DNA from: an uncultured Actinomycetota bacterium
GTDB lineage: Bacteria > Actinomycetota > Actinomycetes > JACCUZ01
Assembly (NCBI GenBank): GCA_963789855.1
Contig: CAWBMM010000002.1
Location: forward strand, 324,353 to 388,352
Length of the DNA: 64,000 nucleotides
Direction: 5' to 3'
The position numbers and the translations under genes are program-made. The first letter of the stretch is position 1; each line of letters begins with the position of its first letter. The notes under the pieces are model-generated. The model saw only the letters and a list, made by a program, of their open reading frames with translations. It was not told the DNA's origin and did not search any database. Below, one piece after another: positions 8,076 to 17,086 of this stretch.

Positions 8076-8891
8076 CTACGGCCGCCACATCCACGGGGTC
8101 GTGGTGCTGAGCATCCGCAGGCCGAGCCGCTCCAGGATCGGGCGGCTGTCCGGCGACGCGTCGACCTGCAGGAACCGGAAGCCGCGCTCGGCCGCCTCGT
8201 CGGCCCGGCGCGACACGAGCGCCTTGTAGATGCCGCGGCCACGGTAGGCCTCCAGCGTGCTGCCGCCCCACAGCGAGGCGAACTCGGTGCCGTGGTGGAA
8301 GTTGACCCGGGCGGCGCAGACCACCGTGCCGTCGGCGGCCTCGGCGAGCCAGGTCGAGACACCGCCGGGGTCGGCCTTCGCTGCCGCGGCCAGCCCCTCG
8401 ACGTACTTCGTCGGGTCCTCGTCCCAGACCGCCCGGTGCAGGGCACCGATCCCGGCCCAGTCCGCGGCCCAGCCCTCGTCGTCCTCGCGCAGCCGCCGGA
8501 TCGTCACGCCCTCCGGAGCCCGCGCCGCGGCCAGCTGCTCGCGCACCGTCTCGACCGCACCGACGACGAGCGCCTCTTCGTCGTCCGGCGCGAAACCGGC
8601 GGCCCGCAAGCGGTCCGGGAGGTCGGCCGGGCGGTCGTAGCCGTACAGCTTCCACTCCCACTCCTGCCCGGTGCCCCGGAACACCTCGACGGTCGCGGCG
8701 ATCGCGGCATCCGCCGTCGCCTCGTCGAGGTCGCACCAGAAGACACCGCCGCCCCACGGCGCGCCCTCGGTGGGCACCAGCCGAAGCATCGGCGCCGGGT
8801 CGTCGACGCGGTCGACCCGGAAGCCGGGCAGGTCCTCGGGCCGTCGCCGGATCTGGGTGTCGAAGGCCTGCAGGAGGGCTGCGTCGTCCAT
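8076..8891 (-). CDS. GNAT family N-acetyltransferase
   Basis: 271 aa from the ATG at 8891 (MDDAALLQAFDTQIRR…). The C-terminal half (…LEAYRGRGIYKALVSRRADEAAERGFRFLQVDA…) is a GNAT acetyl-CoA-binding core. Confidence 0.8.
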   Translation of the reverse strand: MDDAALLQAFDTQIRRRPEDLPGFRVDRVDDPAPMLRLVPTEGAPWGGGVFWCDLDEATADAAIAATVEVFRGTGQEWEWKLYGYDRPADLPDRLRAAGFAPDDEEALVVGAVETVREQLAAARAPEGVTIRRLREDDEGWAADWAGIGALHRAVWDEDPTKYVEGLAAAAKADPGGVSTWLAEAADGTVVCAARVNFHHGTEFASLWGGSTLEAYRGRGIYKALVSRRADEAAERGFRFLQVDASPDSRPILERLGLRMLSTTTPWMWRP

Positions 8892-8988
8892 GCCGGCGAC
8901 CCTAGGGACCCGCGTGCCGCAGCCGCGACCGCTTTCCAGCCCGACAGCATCGCGGCGGAGCGAACGGGAGGGCCGTACCGAGGTCGCC

Positions 8989-9030
8989 ACCTGTAGCGCT
9001 GCCCACACGAAAGTGGGCAGCGCTACAGGT
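8989..9030 (-). terminator. Perfect 18-bp stem-loop downstream of the TrmH-like gene
   Basis: acctgtagcgctgcccac - acgaaa - gtgggcagcgctacaggt. It lies between two co-oriented minus-strand genes. No U-tract. Confidence 0.45.
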
Positions 9031-9074
9031 CGGGCGCACCTGGGGCTGGGTGCCCTGGCTGGGCGCGTGCCGAC

Positions 9075-9111
9075 GACCGAACCTGCCTCAGACCGAACCT
9101 GCCTCAGACCG
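9075..9111. repeat. 16-nt tandem repeat spanning the TrmH-like stop codon
   Basis: gaccgaacctgcctca at 9075-9090 and 9091-9106, then a partial gaccg. The stop codon (tca 9104-9106) is the last triplet of copy 2. Confidence 0.9.
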
Positions 9112-9730
9112 GGTGACCCGCCACGTGCTGACGGACCCAGGTGTGCATGGCGACCGCGGCAGCGGCACCCGCGTTGATCGACCGGGTCGAGCCGAACTGC
9201 GCCACCGACACCACCAGCGACACGGCCTCCCGGGCCGGCTCGGACAGCCCCGGCCCCTCCTGCCCGAGCAGCAGCACGCAGGCCCGGGGCAACCGGGTCG
9301 ACTCCAGCGGCACCGCGCCCGGCAGGTTGTCGACCCCGACCACCGGCAGGCCCTGCTCCGCCGCCCAGGCCGCCAGCGCGGCGACGTCGAGGTGGTGGCG
9401 CACGTGCTGGTAGCGATCGGTGACCATCGCGCCGCGCCGGTTCCACCGACGCCGGCCGACGACGTGCACCTCACGGGCCAGGAACGCGTTCGCGGTCCGG
9501 ACGACCGACCCGATGTTGAAGTCGTGCTGCCAGTTCTCGATCGCGACGTGGAAGTCGTGCCGGCGCAGGTCGAGGTCGGCGACGACGGCCTCCCGCCGCC
9601 AGTACCGGTACCGGTCGACGACGTTGCGCCGGTCCCCGTGCCGCAGCAGCTCGGGGTCGTAGCGCGGGTCGTCCGGCCACCCGCCCACCCACGGCCCGAC
9701 CCCGACCTCCTCGGCGCCGGGCTCCCGCAT
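9104..9730 (-). CDS. TrmH/SpoU-family RNA 2'-O-methyltransferase
   Basis: 208 aa from the ATG at 9730 (MREPGAEEV…). Carries the SpoU-type motifs …NIGSVVRTANAF…LLLGQEGPGLS…SINAGAAAAVAM. Confidence 0.8.
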   Translation of the reverse strand: MREPGAEEVGVGPWVGGWPDDPRYDPELLRHGDRRNVVDRYRYWRREAVVADLDLRRHDFHVAIENWQHDFNIGSVVRTANAFLAREVHVVGRRRWNRRGAMVTDRYQHVRHHLDVAALAAWAAEQGLPVVGVDNLPGAVPLESTRLPRACVLLLGQEGPGLSEPAREAVSLVVSVAQFGSTRSINAGAAAAVAMHTWVRQHVAGHPV

Positions 9731-9754
9731 GGCGGCAACCCTAGGCTTCGCCGG

Positions 9755-10390
9755 GTGCCCCCGGTCCTCGACGTCCTCCCGGACCTCTCGCCCGACCTCG
9801 GCGCCCTCACCGCGGCCGCGGTCTACGCCGTGGTCTTCGGGTTCGTCTTCGTCGAGTCGGGCCTGCTCATCGGGTTCCTGCTTCCCGGCGACACCATCCT
9901 GTTCGGCGCGGGGCTGGTGTCGGCCCGCGACGGGTCGGGTGTCTCGGTGGTCCTGCTGGCCGTCGGCGCCTTCGTCGCGGCCGTCGCCGGAGACTCGGTG
10001 GGCTACGCGTTCGGCGCCCGGCTCGGCCGGGGCTGGCTGGACGGGCGGGTCGCGCAGGGCCGGCTGGACGAGCGACACCTGGTCCGCGCCGAGGAGTTCT
10101 ACGCCCGGTGGGGCTGGTGGGCGGTGGTCGCGGCCCGGTGGATCCCCTGGGTCCGCACGTTCACCCCGATCCTCGCCGGGACCAGCCGGATGCCCTACGG
10201 CCGGTTCCTGTCCGCCAACGTCGTGGGCGCCCTGACCTGGGCCGTCGGGCTCACCGTGCTGGGCTACCTCGCGGCCTCGACCCCGGTGCTGAAGCAGGTG
10301 TCCTTCGCGGTGGCCGCGGTGTTCGTGCTCGGCTCGCTGGTCCTGGGTGTCGTGGGCTGGGTCCGCCGTCGGGGAGCGGCCAGGCAGTAG
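9755..10390 (+). CDS. DedA family membrane protein (copy 1)
   Basis: …FVESGLLIGFLLPGDTILFGAGL…WWAVVAARWIPWVRTFTPILAGTSRM… are DedA/SNARE-associated motifs. The GTG start at 9755 was chosen inside a longer track ORF, so the start is uncertain. Confidence 0.8.
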   Translation: MPPVLDVLPDLSPDLGALTAAAVYAVVFGFVFVESGLLIGFLLPGDTILFGAGLVSARDGSGVSVVLLAVGAFVAAVAGDSVGYAFGARLGRGWLDGRVAQGRLDERHLVRAEEFYARWGWWAVVAARWIPWVRTFTPILAGTSRMPYGRFLSANVVGALTWAVGLTVLGYLAASTPVLKQVSFAVAAVFVLGSLVLGVVGWVRRRGAARQ

Positions 10391-10399
10391 CGTCGAGAT

Positions 10400-10930
10400 G
10401 TGGGTCGACACACGGTGCCAGGCACCGGGACCCCCGAGCCGGACCGGGGCTTCTGGGTGCGGAGCGCTGTCGCGGCGGTCGTCGTGGTGCTGGTGGCCGG
10501 CTTCCTCGTCGTCCGGTTCGTCGGCAGCGGGGACGACGAGGTGGGTACGGCGGCGCCGCCGAGCCGCAGCCCGTCGGTGACCAGCCCGGCGCCCACCAGC
10601 TCGGCCTCCGGGACGGCCCCCGCCACCCCGGCGTCCTCGCCCGCCTCGTCCGCCGCGAGCGCCAGCCCGTCGGCGTCCCCCAGCCCGACCAGCCGGCCGC
10701 CGACGCTGGCCTTCACGGTGCGCTACCCGGCGTACATCACGGTGCGGGTGCCGGGCGGTCGCACGCTGGTGTCCAAGACGTTCAAGAGCGGCGCGAAGGC
10801 GTCCTTCGACCAGAAGGTCCTGCAGGTCGTCAACGGCCGACCGCAGGCCGTGACCTTCGTCGTCAACGGCAAGCCGCGCAAACCCGGGCCGGCCGGCCAG
10901 ACCGAGACGTTCACGGTGCGGCGGACCTGA
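10400..10930 (+). CDS. Membrane-anchored protein with Ser/Pro/Ala-rich linker and DUF4115-like C-terminal domain
   Basis: 176-aa ORF: one TM helix (AVAAVVVVLVAGFLVV), a low-complexity linker, and a C-terminal beta-rich domain (…YITVRVPGGRTLVSKTFKSGAKASF…VNGKPRKPG…). Domain call is from memory. Confidence 0.5.
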   Translation: MGRHTVPGTGTPEPDRGFWVRSAVAAVVVVLVAGFLVVRFVGSGDDEVGTAAPPSRSPSVTSPAPTSSASGTAPATPASSPASSAASASPSASPSPTSRPPTLAFTVRYPAYITVRVPGGRTLVSKTFKSGAKASFDQKVLQVVNGRPQAVTFVVNGKPRKPGPAGQTETFTVRRT

Positions 10931-10977
10931 CGCGACCGCCCCAGGATGTTCCCAGCAGCCGCCGGTAGCCTCGTCGG

Positions 10978-11652
10978 GTGCTGGTGACCGCGCTCGGCCC
11001 CTCGTGGCTGGACCCCAACGAGCTGGTGGCGACCTTCGGGCTGCTCGGCGCCACCTTCGTGATCTTCGCGGAGTGCGGCCTGCTGATCGGCTTCTTCCTG
11101 CCGGGTGACTCGTTGCTGTTCACCGTCGGCCTGCTGGTCGCCAACGACACCATCAAGCAACCGCTGTGGGTGGTCTGCCTGCTGATGGCCGCCGCGGCGA
11201 TCCTGGGGAACCAGACCGGCTACCTGATCGGGCGGCAGGCGGGCCCGGCGCTGTTCAACCGGCCCGACTCCCGGCTGTTCAAGCAGGAGTACGTCGACAA
11301 GACCTACGCGTTCTTCGACCGGCACGGCCCGCGGGCGATCGTGCTGGCGAGGTTCGTGCCCATCGTGCGCACCTTCATCACGGTGATCGCCGGCGTCGGC
11401 CGGATGAACTACCGCACCTACACGGTCTACTCGTTCATCGGCGGCGTGCTGTGGGCCGTCGGCGTCACGGTGCTCGGCTACCTGCTCGGCGGCGTGGCGT
11501 TCGTGAGCGACCACATCGAGCTGATCCTGATCGGGATCGTGGCGTTGTCGCTGCTGCCGGTCGGCTTCGAGGTGCTGCGGCACCGCTCGACCCGCGACTC
11601 GCGCTACGACGAGCCGGAGGAGCGGGCCCGGGTCATCGACCCGGACGCCTGA
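10978..11652 (+). CDS. DedA family membrane protein (copy 2)
   Basis: 224-aa ORF with FAECGLLIGFFLPGDSLLFTVGLL… and ARFVPIVRTFITVIAGVGRM. Confidence 0.8.
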   Translation: MLVTALGPSWLDPNELVATFGLLGATFVIFAECGLLIGFFLPGDSLLFTVGLLVANDTIKQPLWVVCLLMAAAAILGNQTGYLIGRQAGPALFNRPDSRLFKQEYVDKTYAFFDRHGPRAIVLARFVPIVRTFITVIAGVGRMNYRTYTVYSFIGGVLWAVGVTVLGYLLGGVAFVSDHIELILIGIVALSLLPVGFEVLRHRSTRDSRYDEPEERARVIDPDA

Positions 11653-11750
11653 CCGCCAGCCGGCCTAGGAGAAGTCGACGGTCGGGGCGGCGCGGACGGC
11701 CTACACCACGGCGGCGACCACCGCGCCGGCGGCGATCAGCAGGCCGGCGC

Positions 11751-12287
11751 TCACGACAGGCCGAGGTCCTCGAGCTGGAACGCCGCGAGGTAGGGCAGCC
11801 CCTCGGCCTCGACCTTGGGCGCCGCGCCCCGCTCGACGATCACCGCGACGCCGACGACCTCGGCGCCGGCCTCGCGCAGCGCCTGCACCGCGGTGAGCAC
11901 CGACCCGCCGGTCGTCGAGGTGTCCTCGACCGCGAGCACCCGGCGGCCGGCGACGTCCGGACCCTCGATGCGCCGCTGCAGGCCGTGCGCCTTGCCCTCC
12001 TTGCGGACCACGAAGGCGTCCAGCCGTCGGCCGCGGGCTGCAGCGGCGTGCAGCATGGCCGCGGCCACCGGGTCGGCGCCGAGCGTGAGGCCGCCGACTG
12101 CGTCGAAGTCGAGGTCGGCGGTGAGGTCGAGCATCACCTGCCCGACCAGCGGTGCGGCCACGGCGTCGAGCGTGATGCGGCGCAGGTCGACGTACCAGTC
12201 CGCCTCCCGCCCCGACGACAGCACGACCTTGCCGTGCACGACGGCCTTGTCGGTGATCTGCTGCCGGAGGTGGTCGCGGGTACTCAT
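11751..12287 (-). CDS. pyrE: Orotate phosphoribosyltransferase
   Basis: 178 aa from the ATG at 12287 (MSTRDHLRQQITDKAVVHGKVVLSSGREADWYVD…). The PRPP-binding loop VLAVEDTSTTGGS is present. Confidence 0.9.
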   Translation of the reverse strand: MSTRDHLRQQITDKAVVHGKVVLSSGREADWYVDLRRITLDAVAAPLVGQVMLDLTADLDFDAVGGLTLGADPVAAAMLHAAAARGRRLDAFVVRKEGKAHGLQRRIEGPDVAGRRVLAVEDTSTTGGSVLTAVQALREAGAEVVGVAVIVERGAAPKVEAEGLPYLAAFQLEDLGLS

Positions 12288-12317
12288 GGCTCGCGAGCCT
12301 AGGGCAGGCTGTCGCGG

Positions 12318-13044
12318 GTGACCGACGCCGCCACGACCGTCCTGGTGCACAGCCCGCTCACGACCTCGGCGGTCTGGGGCGGGCTGCCGGACGTGCTGCG
12401 TGGTCGCGGGCACGACGTGGCGGTCGTCGACGTCCGGGACGACGACTCACCGCCGTACGCCGCCGGGTTCGTGGCGCGGGCCGCGTTGCAGGTGCGCGCG
12501 GCCGCTGCGGACGGACCGGTGCTGCTGGTGGCGCACTCCGGTGCCGGCTACCTGCTGCCGCTGCTGGGCAGCGCCCGGCGCGCCGCCCGCGCGCGGGTCG
12601 TGGGCTACCTGTTCCTGGACGCCGGCCTCCCGCCGGCCCGCCCGGCCAGCCGGCTGGACCTGCTGCGCGCCGAGCTGTCGGACGCAGCCGGCAGACGAGT
12701 TCGCCGGGCTGCTGGCCGCGGGCGGCTCGTTCCCGGACTGGTCCGACGACGACCTGCGCGAGCTCGTCCCCGCGGACGGGCCGAGAGCCACCCTGGTCGG
12801 CTCGCTGCGCCCCCGCGGCGCGGGCTTCTTCGCCGAGCCGGTCCCCGTCGCGCCGGACTGGCCGGACGCGCCCTGCGGGCTGCTCCGCCTGTCGGACTCC
12901 TACGACGGCGCGGCCCGGCTCGCGGGGCTGCGCGGCTGGCCGGTGCTGCTCGGGCCGGACGACCGGCCGGGCGGTCACTTCGCGATGCTCGTCGACCCGG
13001 AGTCGGTCGCCGACGACCTCGAGACGCTGGTCAGCCGGCTGTAG
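12318..13044 (+). pseudogene. Alpha/beta-hydrolase-fold protein, one frameshift
   Basis: The N-terminal part (…VLLVAHSGAGYLLP…LRAELS) is in the 12318 frame. It continues (ADEFAGLLAAGGSFPDWSDDDL…GGHFAMLVDPESV…) in the 12400 frame. The switch is near 12675-12692. Confidence 0.6.
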
Positions 13045-13113
13045 AGGGATCGGTCGGCGGACCGACGCGGCGGCCGCGCCCCGAGCGGCGGCCGCCCCCA
13101 GCACAATGGGGTC

Positions 13114-13605
13114 ATGACCGACCTGCTGGAGTTCTGCACCGACCTGCCGGTGGCGTCGACCCGGACGGGGGAGGTGCTGATCGAGGAGGGCGCTCCCCCC
13201 GGCCGGATGCTCGTGCTGATGACCGGGTCGGTCACCGTGGAACGCGACGGCGTGCCGATCGCCCGCATCGACACCCCGGGAGCCGTGCTCGGCGAGATGT
13301 CCGTGGTGCTCGACCGGCCGGCCACCGCGACCCTGCGCGCCGACGGTGACGTCCGGGTCCGGGTGGTCGAGGACCCGCTGCGCTTCCTGGTCGAGAAGCC
13401 CGGAGCCGCGCTGGCTGTCCTGCGCACGACGGCGTCCCGGCTGGACGGTCTGACGCAGTACCTCGTCGACGTCAAGGAGCAGCTGGCGGGCACCGAGGGC
13501 CACCTCGGGATGATGGGCCAGATCCTGGACACCCTGGTGCACCACACCGGCGCCCCGGCGCGTCCCGGCTCGGCGCGCGACCCCGAGGGCACCCGGGCGC
13601 ACTGA
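13114..13605 (+). CDS. Cyclic-nucleotide-binding domain protein
   Basis: 163-aa ORF. GEVLIEEGAPPGRMLVLMTGSVTV…GAVLGEMSVVLDRPATATLRA fits the cNMP-binding beta-roll/phosphate-binding cassette pattern. Confidence 0.7.
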   Translation: MTDLLEFCTDLPVASTRTGEVLIEEGAPPGRMLVLMTGSVTVERDGVPIARIDTPGAVLGEMSVVLDRPATATLRADGDVRVRVVEDPLRFLVEKPGAALAVLRTTASRLDGLTQYLVDVKEQLAGTEGHLGMMGQILDTLVHHTGAPARPGSARDPEGTRAH

Positions 13606-13610
13606 CCGGC

Positions 13611-14339
13611 TCAGCCGAGCTGGATCGTCTCCGAGTCGTACACGCCGTACCACTCGGCGGTCCCCGCGACGGTGTCCAGCGTGATGTGCGGCGGGACCGG
13701 CCCGATCTGGCGGCCGGGGTTGAAGACCGCGGTCCGGCCGAGCCGCGCGTGCCAGGACCCGCCGTCGACCCAGGGCGCCTGGTGGATGTGGCCGCAGAGC
13801 ACGATCTCCGGCTGGTGCTGGTCGATCCAGGCCGCGAGGTCGTCGTCGGGGAACTCGCGCCGGCCGTCCTTGCAGAGCACGGTGCCGGCGGGAGGTGCGT
13901 GGTAGAGCCAGACCCAACGATCCGGGCGGTCCTCGGCCGCAGCAGCAAGCTGTGCGCCCACCGCCTCCCGGCCGGCCGGCCCGTCCCACCACGGGCAGAC
14001 GGTGAACCGGGTGCCGTCGAGGTCGACGCTGGCGCCGTCGGTGAACACCCCCTCGGCGCGTGGACGACGCAGCCAGGCCGCGACCTGCTCGCCGTGCTCG
14101 CCCGGCCCGTCCAGGTCGTGGTTGCCGGAGGCGGCGAGCACCACGGCGTGCTCGGACATCGTGTCCAGGTACTTCTCCAGCACCACGGCCTGTACGTCGA
14201 TCGGGACCAGGCTGGCGACGTCGGCGAGGTCACCCGCGAGGGCGACGACGTCGACATCGGCCGCGGCCTGCACCAGCCAGTCGTAGTGCTTGAGCTTGTA
14301 GTGCAGATCAGCGATCGCCAGTATCCGCACGGCCGCCAT
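13611..14339 (-). CDS. Metallophosphoesterase
   Basis: 242 aa from the ATG at 14339 (MAAVRILAIADLHYK…). Motifs DLH, GDL, GNHD and GHIH are visible. Confidence 0.8.
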   Translation of the reverse strand: MAAVRILAIADLHYKLKHYDWLVQAAADVDVVALAGDLADVASLVPIDVQAVVLEKYLDTMSEHAVVLAASGNHDLDGPGEHGEQVAAWLRRPRAEGVFTDGASVDLDGTRFTVCPWWDGPAGREAVGAQLAAAAEDRPDRWVWLYHAPPAGTVLCKDGRREFPDDDLAAWIDQHQPEIVLCGHIHQAPWVDGGSWHARLGRTAVFNPGRQIGPVPPHITLDTVAGTAEWYGVYDSETIQLG

Positions 14340-15342
14340 CCTGCCAGGCAGCAAGGATCGCCGACTCCTTGGCGGGGTCGATGCCGTGCGCGCCGACATG
14401 GGCGTGCGGCGGCTCGGTCGGCGTCCGGCCACCGGCCTGCAGCCAGGCCCAGGTGTCTGCGACCGTCTCGCGCACCGGCCGGTTGCGCATCCCCGCCGCG
14501 GCCGCCCACGACTGGTCGGCGTCCCACACGTGGTCGCCGTCCTGCCCGGCCGGCATCCACAACGGCAGCTCGGTCCAGGGCTCCACCTCGTGGGCCACCA
14601 GCACCTCGTCGGTCACCCAGGTGAGCCGGGCGTCCGAACCCGTCGCGTCGACGCAGTCCTGCAGCCAGCTGCCCATCGTGGCGTTGCCACGCGGCGCGGT
14701 GGCGTTGAAGGTGCCCGGCGTGCGCTGCTCGCCGCAGTCCAGCAGGAACGCGGCCAGGTCGCGGACGTCGACCAGCTGCATCGGCACGTCAGGGTCGCCC
14801 GGCGCGAGCACCTCGCCACCTCGGGCGATCCGGAGCAGCCAGGTCGGCAGCCGGCCGACGTTCTCGTGCGGGCCGGTGATCAGTCCGGCCCGGGCGATGG
14901 TGGCGCGGTCGCCGAACACCTCCGTGACCGCTCGCTCGCAGCCGGCCTTGAGCACGCCGTAGTCGCCGTCGTCCGGCCCGGCGTCCGACGCGCACGGCTG
15001 GCCGTCGAGGCCTTCCGGGGTGGGCCTGCTCGGCCAGGTCGGCGTCGCCGAGATGCTCGACACGAACACGTACTGCGCACCCGACGCGGCCAGGGCCCGC
15101 ACCGACCTGCCGACCACCCGGGGCACGAAGCCGCAGGTGTCGACCACGACGTCGAAGGAACGGTCCGCGAGCTGGGCCAAGGCCGCGTCGTCGTCCCGGT
15201 CGCCACGAAGGGCCTCGACTCCCTCGACGTCCGGCCCCGACTGCCCGCGGTTGAAGGTCGTGACGGTCCACCCTCGCGCCAACGCCTCGACGGCCGCCGC
15301 CCGGCCGAGGAACGCCGTGCCTCCGATGATGAGCAGCTTCAT
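14308..15342 (-). CDS. NAD-dependent epimerase/dehydratase (extended SDR)
   Basis: Intact 344-aa ORF with an N-terminal Rossmann motif MKLLIIGGTAFLGRA. Its 3' end overlaps the next gene's start by about 30 nt. Confidence 0.8.
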   Translation of the reverse strand: MKLLIIGGTAFLGRAAAVEALARGWTVTTFNRGQSGPDVEGVEALRGDRDDDAALAQLADRSFDVVVDTCGFVPRVVGRSVRALAASGAQYVFVSSISATPTWPSRPTPEGLDGQPCASDAGPDDGDYGVLKAGCERAVTEVFGDRATIARAGLITGPHENVGRLPTWLLRIARGGEVLAPGDPDVPMQLVDVRDLAAFLLDCGEQRTPGTFNATAPRGNATMGSWLQDCVDATGSDARLTWVTDEVLVAHEVEPWTELPLWMPAGQDGDHVWDADQSWAAAAGMRNRPVRETVADTWAWLQAGGRTPTEPPHAHVGAHGIDPAKESAILAAWQDGGRADTGDR

Positions 15343-15422
15343 GCGACGACCCTGGCGTGCTCGCCGTGGATGCGCCAGGGTCGTTCACCGTGGGCGGACA
15401 TCTACCGCCGTACGGCGGTAAG

Positions 15423-16229
15423 TCAGCCGCGGCGCCGGCGGGACAGCCGCCAGAGGACGAGCAGCAGGAACAGCCCGACGACCAGCGGCGCCACCCGCTT
15501 GAGCACCGGGAGGCCCGCCACCTCGAGCAGGTCGACCGCCTCGGGCTCGACCGGCCGGCGCAGCGGGGTGGGTGGCGGCGCCGGGGCAGCCTGCGGCTCC
15601 GGCGTGCCGGTGGTGGCCGCCGCGACGTCGGCCGCGGCGCCGGCCGTACCTCCCGCGGCGCCGCCCGCACCTGCTCCGTTGCCGGAGGCCGCCGGCGCGG
15701 CAGCCGGCTCCGGGGACGGCGCAGGCGTCGGCGACGGCGTCGGCTCCGCGGCGGCAGCCGGTGCCGCGGCGATGCCGGCCTCGCCCGCGGCCAGCTCGGT
15801 GGTCAGGCAGTCGGCGAACCGGCCGAGCAGCTTGTTGCCGACCTCCTCCATCACGCCGCGACCGAACTGGGCCGGCTTGCCCGTGATCGCGAGGTCGGTG
15901 GTGACCACCACCTTGGTCGCGGTGCCGCCGTCGTCGTGCATCTGCGCGGTGATGGTGGCGTTGGCGGTGCCGCTGCCGCGGGCCTCCTTGGCGTGCGCCT
16001 CGATCACGGCCCGGCGGGCCGCCTCGTCCTTCTCGGTGAACTTCGCGGTGCCGGCGTAGGTCACCTGGATCGGGCCGACCTTCACCTTGACCCGGCCGAC
16101 GATGGTCTCGCCGTCGAACGACTCGACCGAGGCACCGGGCATGCAGGGTGCGATCCGCTCGATGTCGAGCAGGACGTGCCATGCCTCGGCGACCGGCACC
16201 GGCACGCTGAACTGATGCTCGAGCTGCAA
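15423..16229 (-). CDS. coxG: CoxG-like SRPBCC protein with long Ala/Pro-rich linker and C-terminal TM helix
   Basis: The first ~150 aa (MQLEHQFSVPVPVAEAWHVLLDIERIAPCMPGA…) resemble CoxG. These are followed by ~90 aa of A/P/G/T-rich low complexity and VAPLVVGLFLLLVLW-RLSRRRRG. Confidence 0.8.
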   Translation of the reverse strand: MQLEHQFSVPVPVAEAWHVLLDIERIAPCMPGASVESFDGETIVGRVKVKVGPIQVTYAGTAKFTEKDEAARRAVIEAHAKEARGSGTANATITAQMHDDGGTATKVVVTTDLAITGKPAQFGRGVMEEVGNKLLGRFADCLTTELAAGEAGIAAAPAAAAEPTPSPTPAPSPEPAAAPAASGNGAGAGGAAGGTAGAAADVAAATTGTPEPQAAPAPPPTPLRRPVEPEAVDLLEVAGLPVLKRVAPLVVGLFLLLVLWRLSRRRRG

Positions 16230-16234
16230 GCCGA

Positions 16235-17086
16235 TCAGCCCCCCGCCGCTGCGGTGAGGGCGCGCCGGGTGAGCACCCGCGCGAGGTGCTGGCGGTAGTC
16301 GGCCCGGCCGTTGAGGTCGCTCGCCGGGCTGGTGCCCTCGGCGGCCCGGTCGGCGGCCGCTGCGACCGCGTCCGGCGCCGCACCCGCGACCGACTCCTCG
16401 ACCCCGCTGGCTCGCACCGGCGTCGACCCCATGTTCGTCAGCGCCACCCTGGCCTCGGCGATGGTCCCGTTGTCCCGGCGGACGGCGGCCGCGACGCCGA
16501 CGATCGCCCAGGACTGGGCGACCCGGTGGAACTTCTCGTACCGGTAGCCCCAGCCGGGCCCCAGCTTGGGCACCCGGACCTCGACCAGCAGCTCGTCCGG
16601 CTCGATCGCCGTCTGCAGGTAGTCGAGGAAGAACTCCGCGGCCGGCACGGTCCGGCGGCCACCGCTGCCCGCGATGACGAACTCGGCGCCGAGCGCAGAG
16701 GCGACCGCCGGCAGGTCGCTGGCCGGGTCGGCGTGGGCCAGCGCTCCGCCGAAGGTCCCGCGATGCCGGACCGCGGGGTCGGCCACCGTCGCGGTCGCCT
16801 CGGCGATCAGACCGGCGTGCTCACGGATCAGCGGGTCCTTGAGCACCTCGTAGTGCGTCGTCATGGCGCCGATGACCAGGTGGTCGCCGTCCTCGCGGAC
16901 GCCGCGCAGCTCGGCGACCCGCCCGACGTCGACGAGCACCTCGGGGTAGGCCAGCCGCAGCCGCAGCAGCGGGATCAGCGACTGGCCGCCGGCGATCACC
17001 TTGGCGTCGTCACCGTGCTGGCTCAGTGCGGACAGCGCCTCGTCGACCGAGCCGGCGCGGACGTAGTCGAAGGCGGCCGGGATCAC
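16235..17086 (-). CDS. coxM: CO dehydrogenase/xanthine dehydrogenase-family FAD-binding medium subunit
   Basis: Intact 283-aa ORF. FDYVRAGSVDEALSALSQHGDDAKVIAGGQSLIPLLRLRL is typical of CoxM/FAD_binding_5. Confidence 0.85.
   Translation of the reverse strand: MIPAAFDYVRAGSVDEALSALSQHGDDAKVIAGGQSLIPLLRLRLAYPEVLVDVGRVAELRGVREDGDHLVIGAMTTHYEVLKDPLIREHAGLIAEATATVADPAVRHRGTFGGALAHADPASDLPAVASALGAEFVIAGSGGRRTVPAAEFFLDYLQTAIEPDELLVEVRVPKLGPGWGYRYEKFHRVAQSWAIVGVAAAVRRDNGTIAEARVALTNMGSTPVRASGVEESVAGAAPDAVAAAADRAAEGTSPASDLNGRADYRQHLARVLTRRALTAAAGG

Noticed and set aside
11701-11754. 17-aa hydrophobic ORF (VSAGLLIAAGAVVAAVV) whose GTG overlaps the pyrE stop (GTGA).
   Set aside because: It is too short to support without conservation or expression data and could easily arise by chance in GC-rich DNA.
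15357-16383. Arg-rich ORFs 15357..16298(+) and 15385..16383(-) overlapping coxG.
   Set aside because: They are alternative-frame shadows of the coxG coding region and its Ala/Pro-rich linker.
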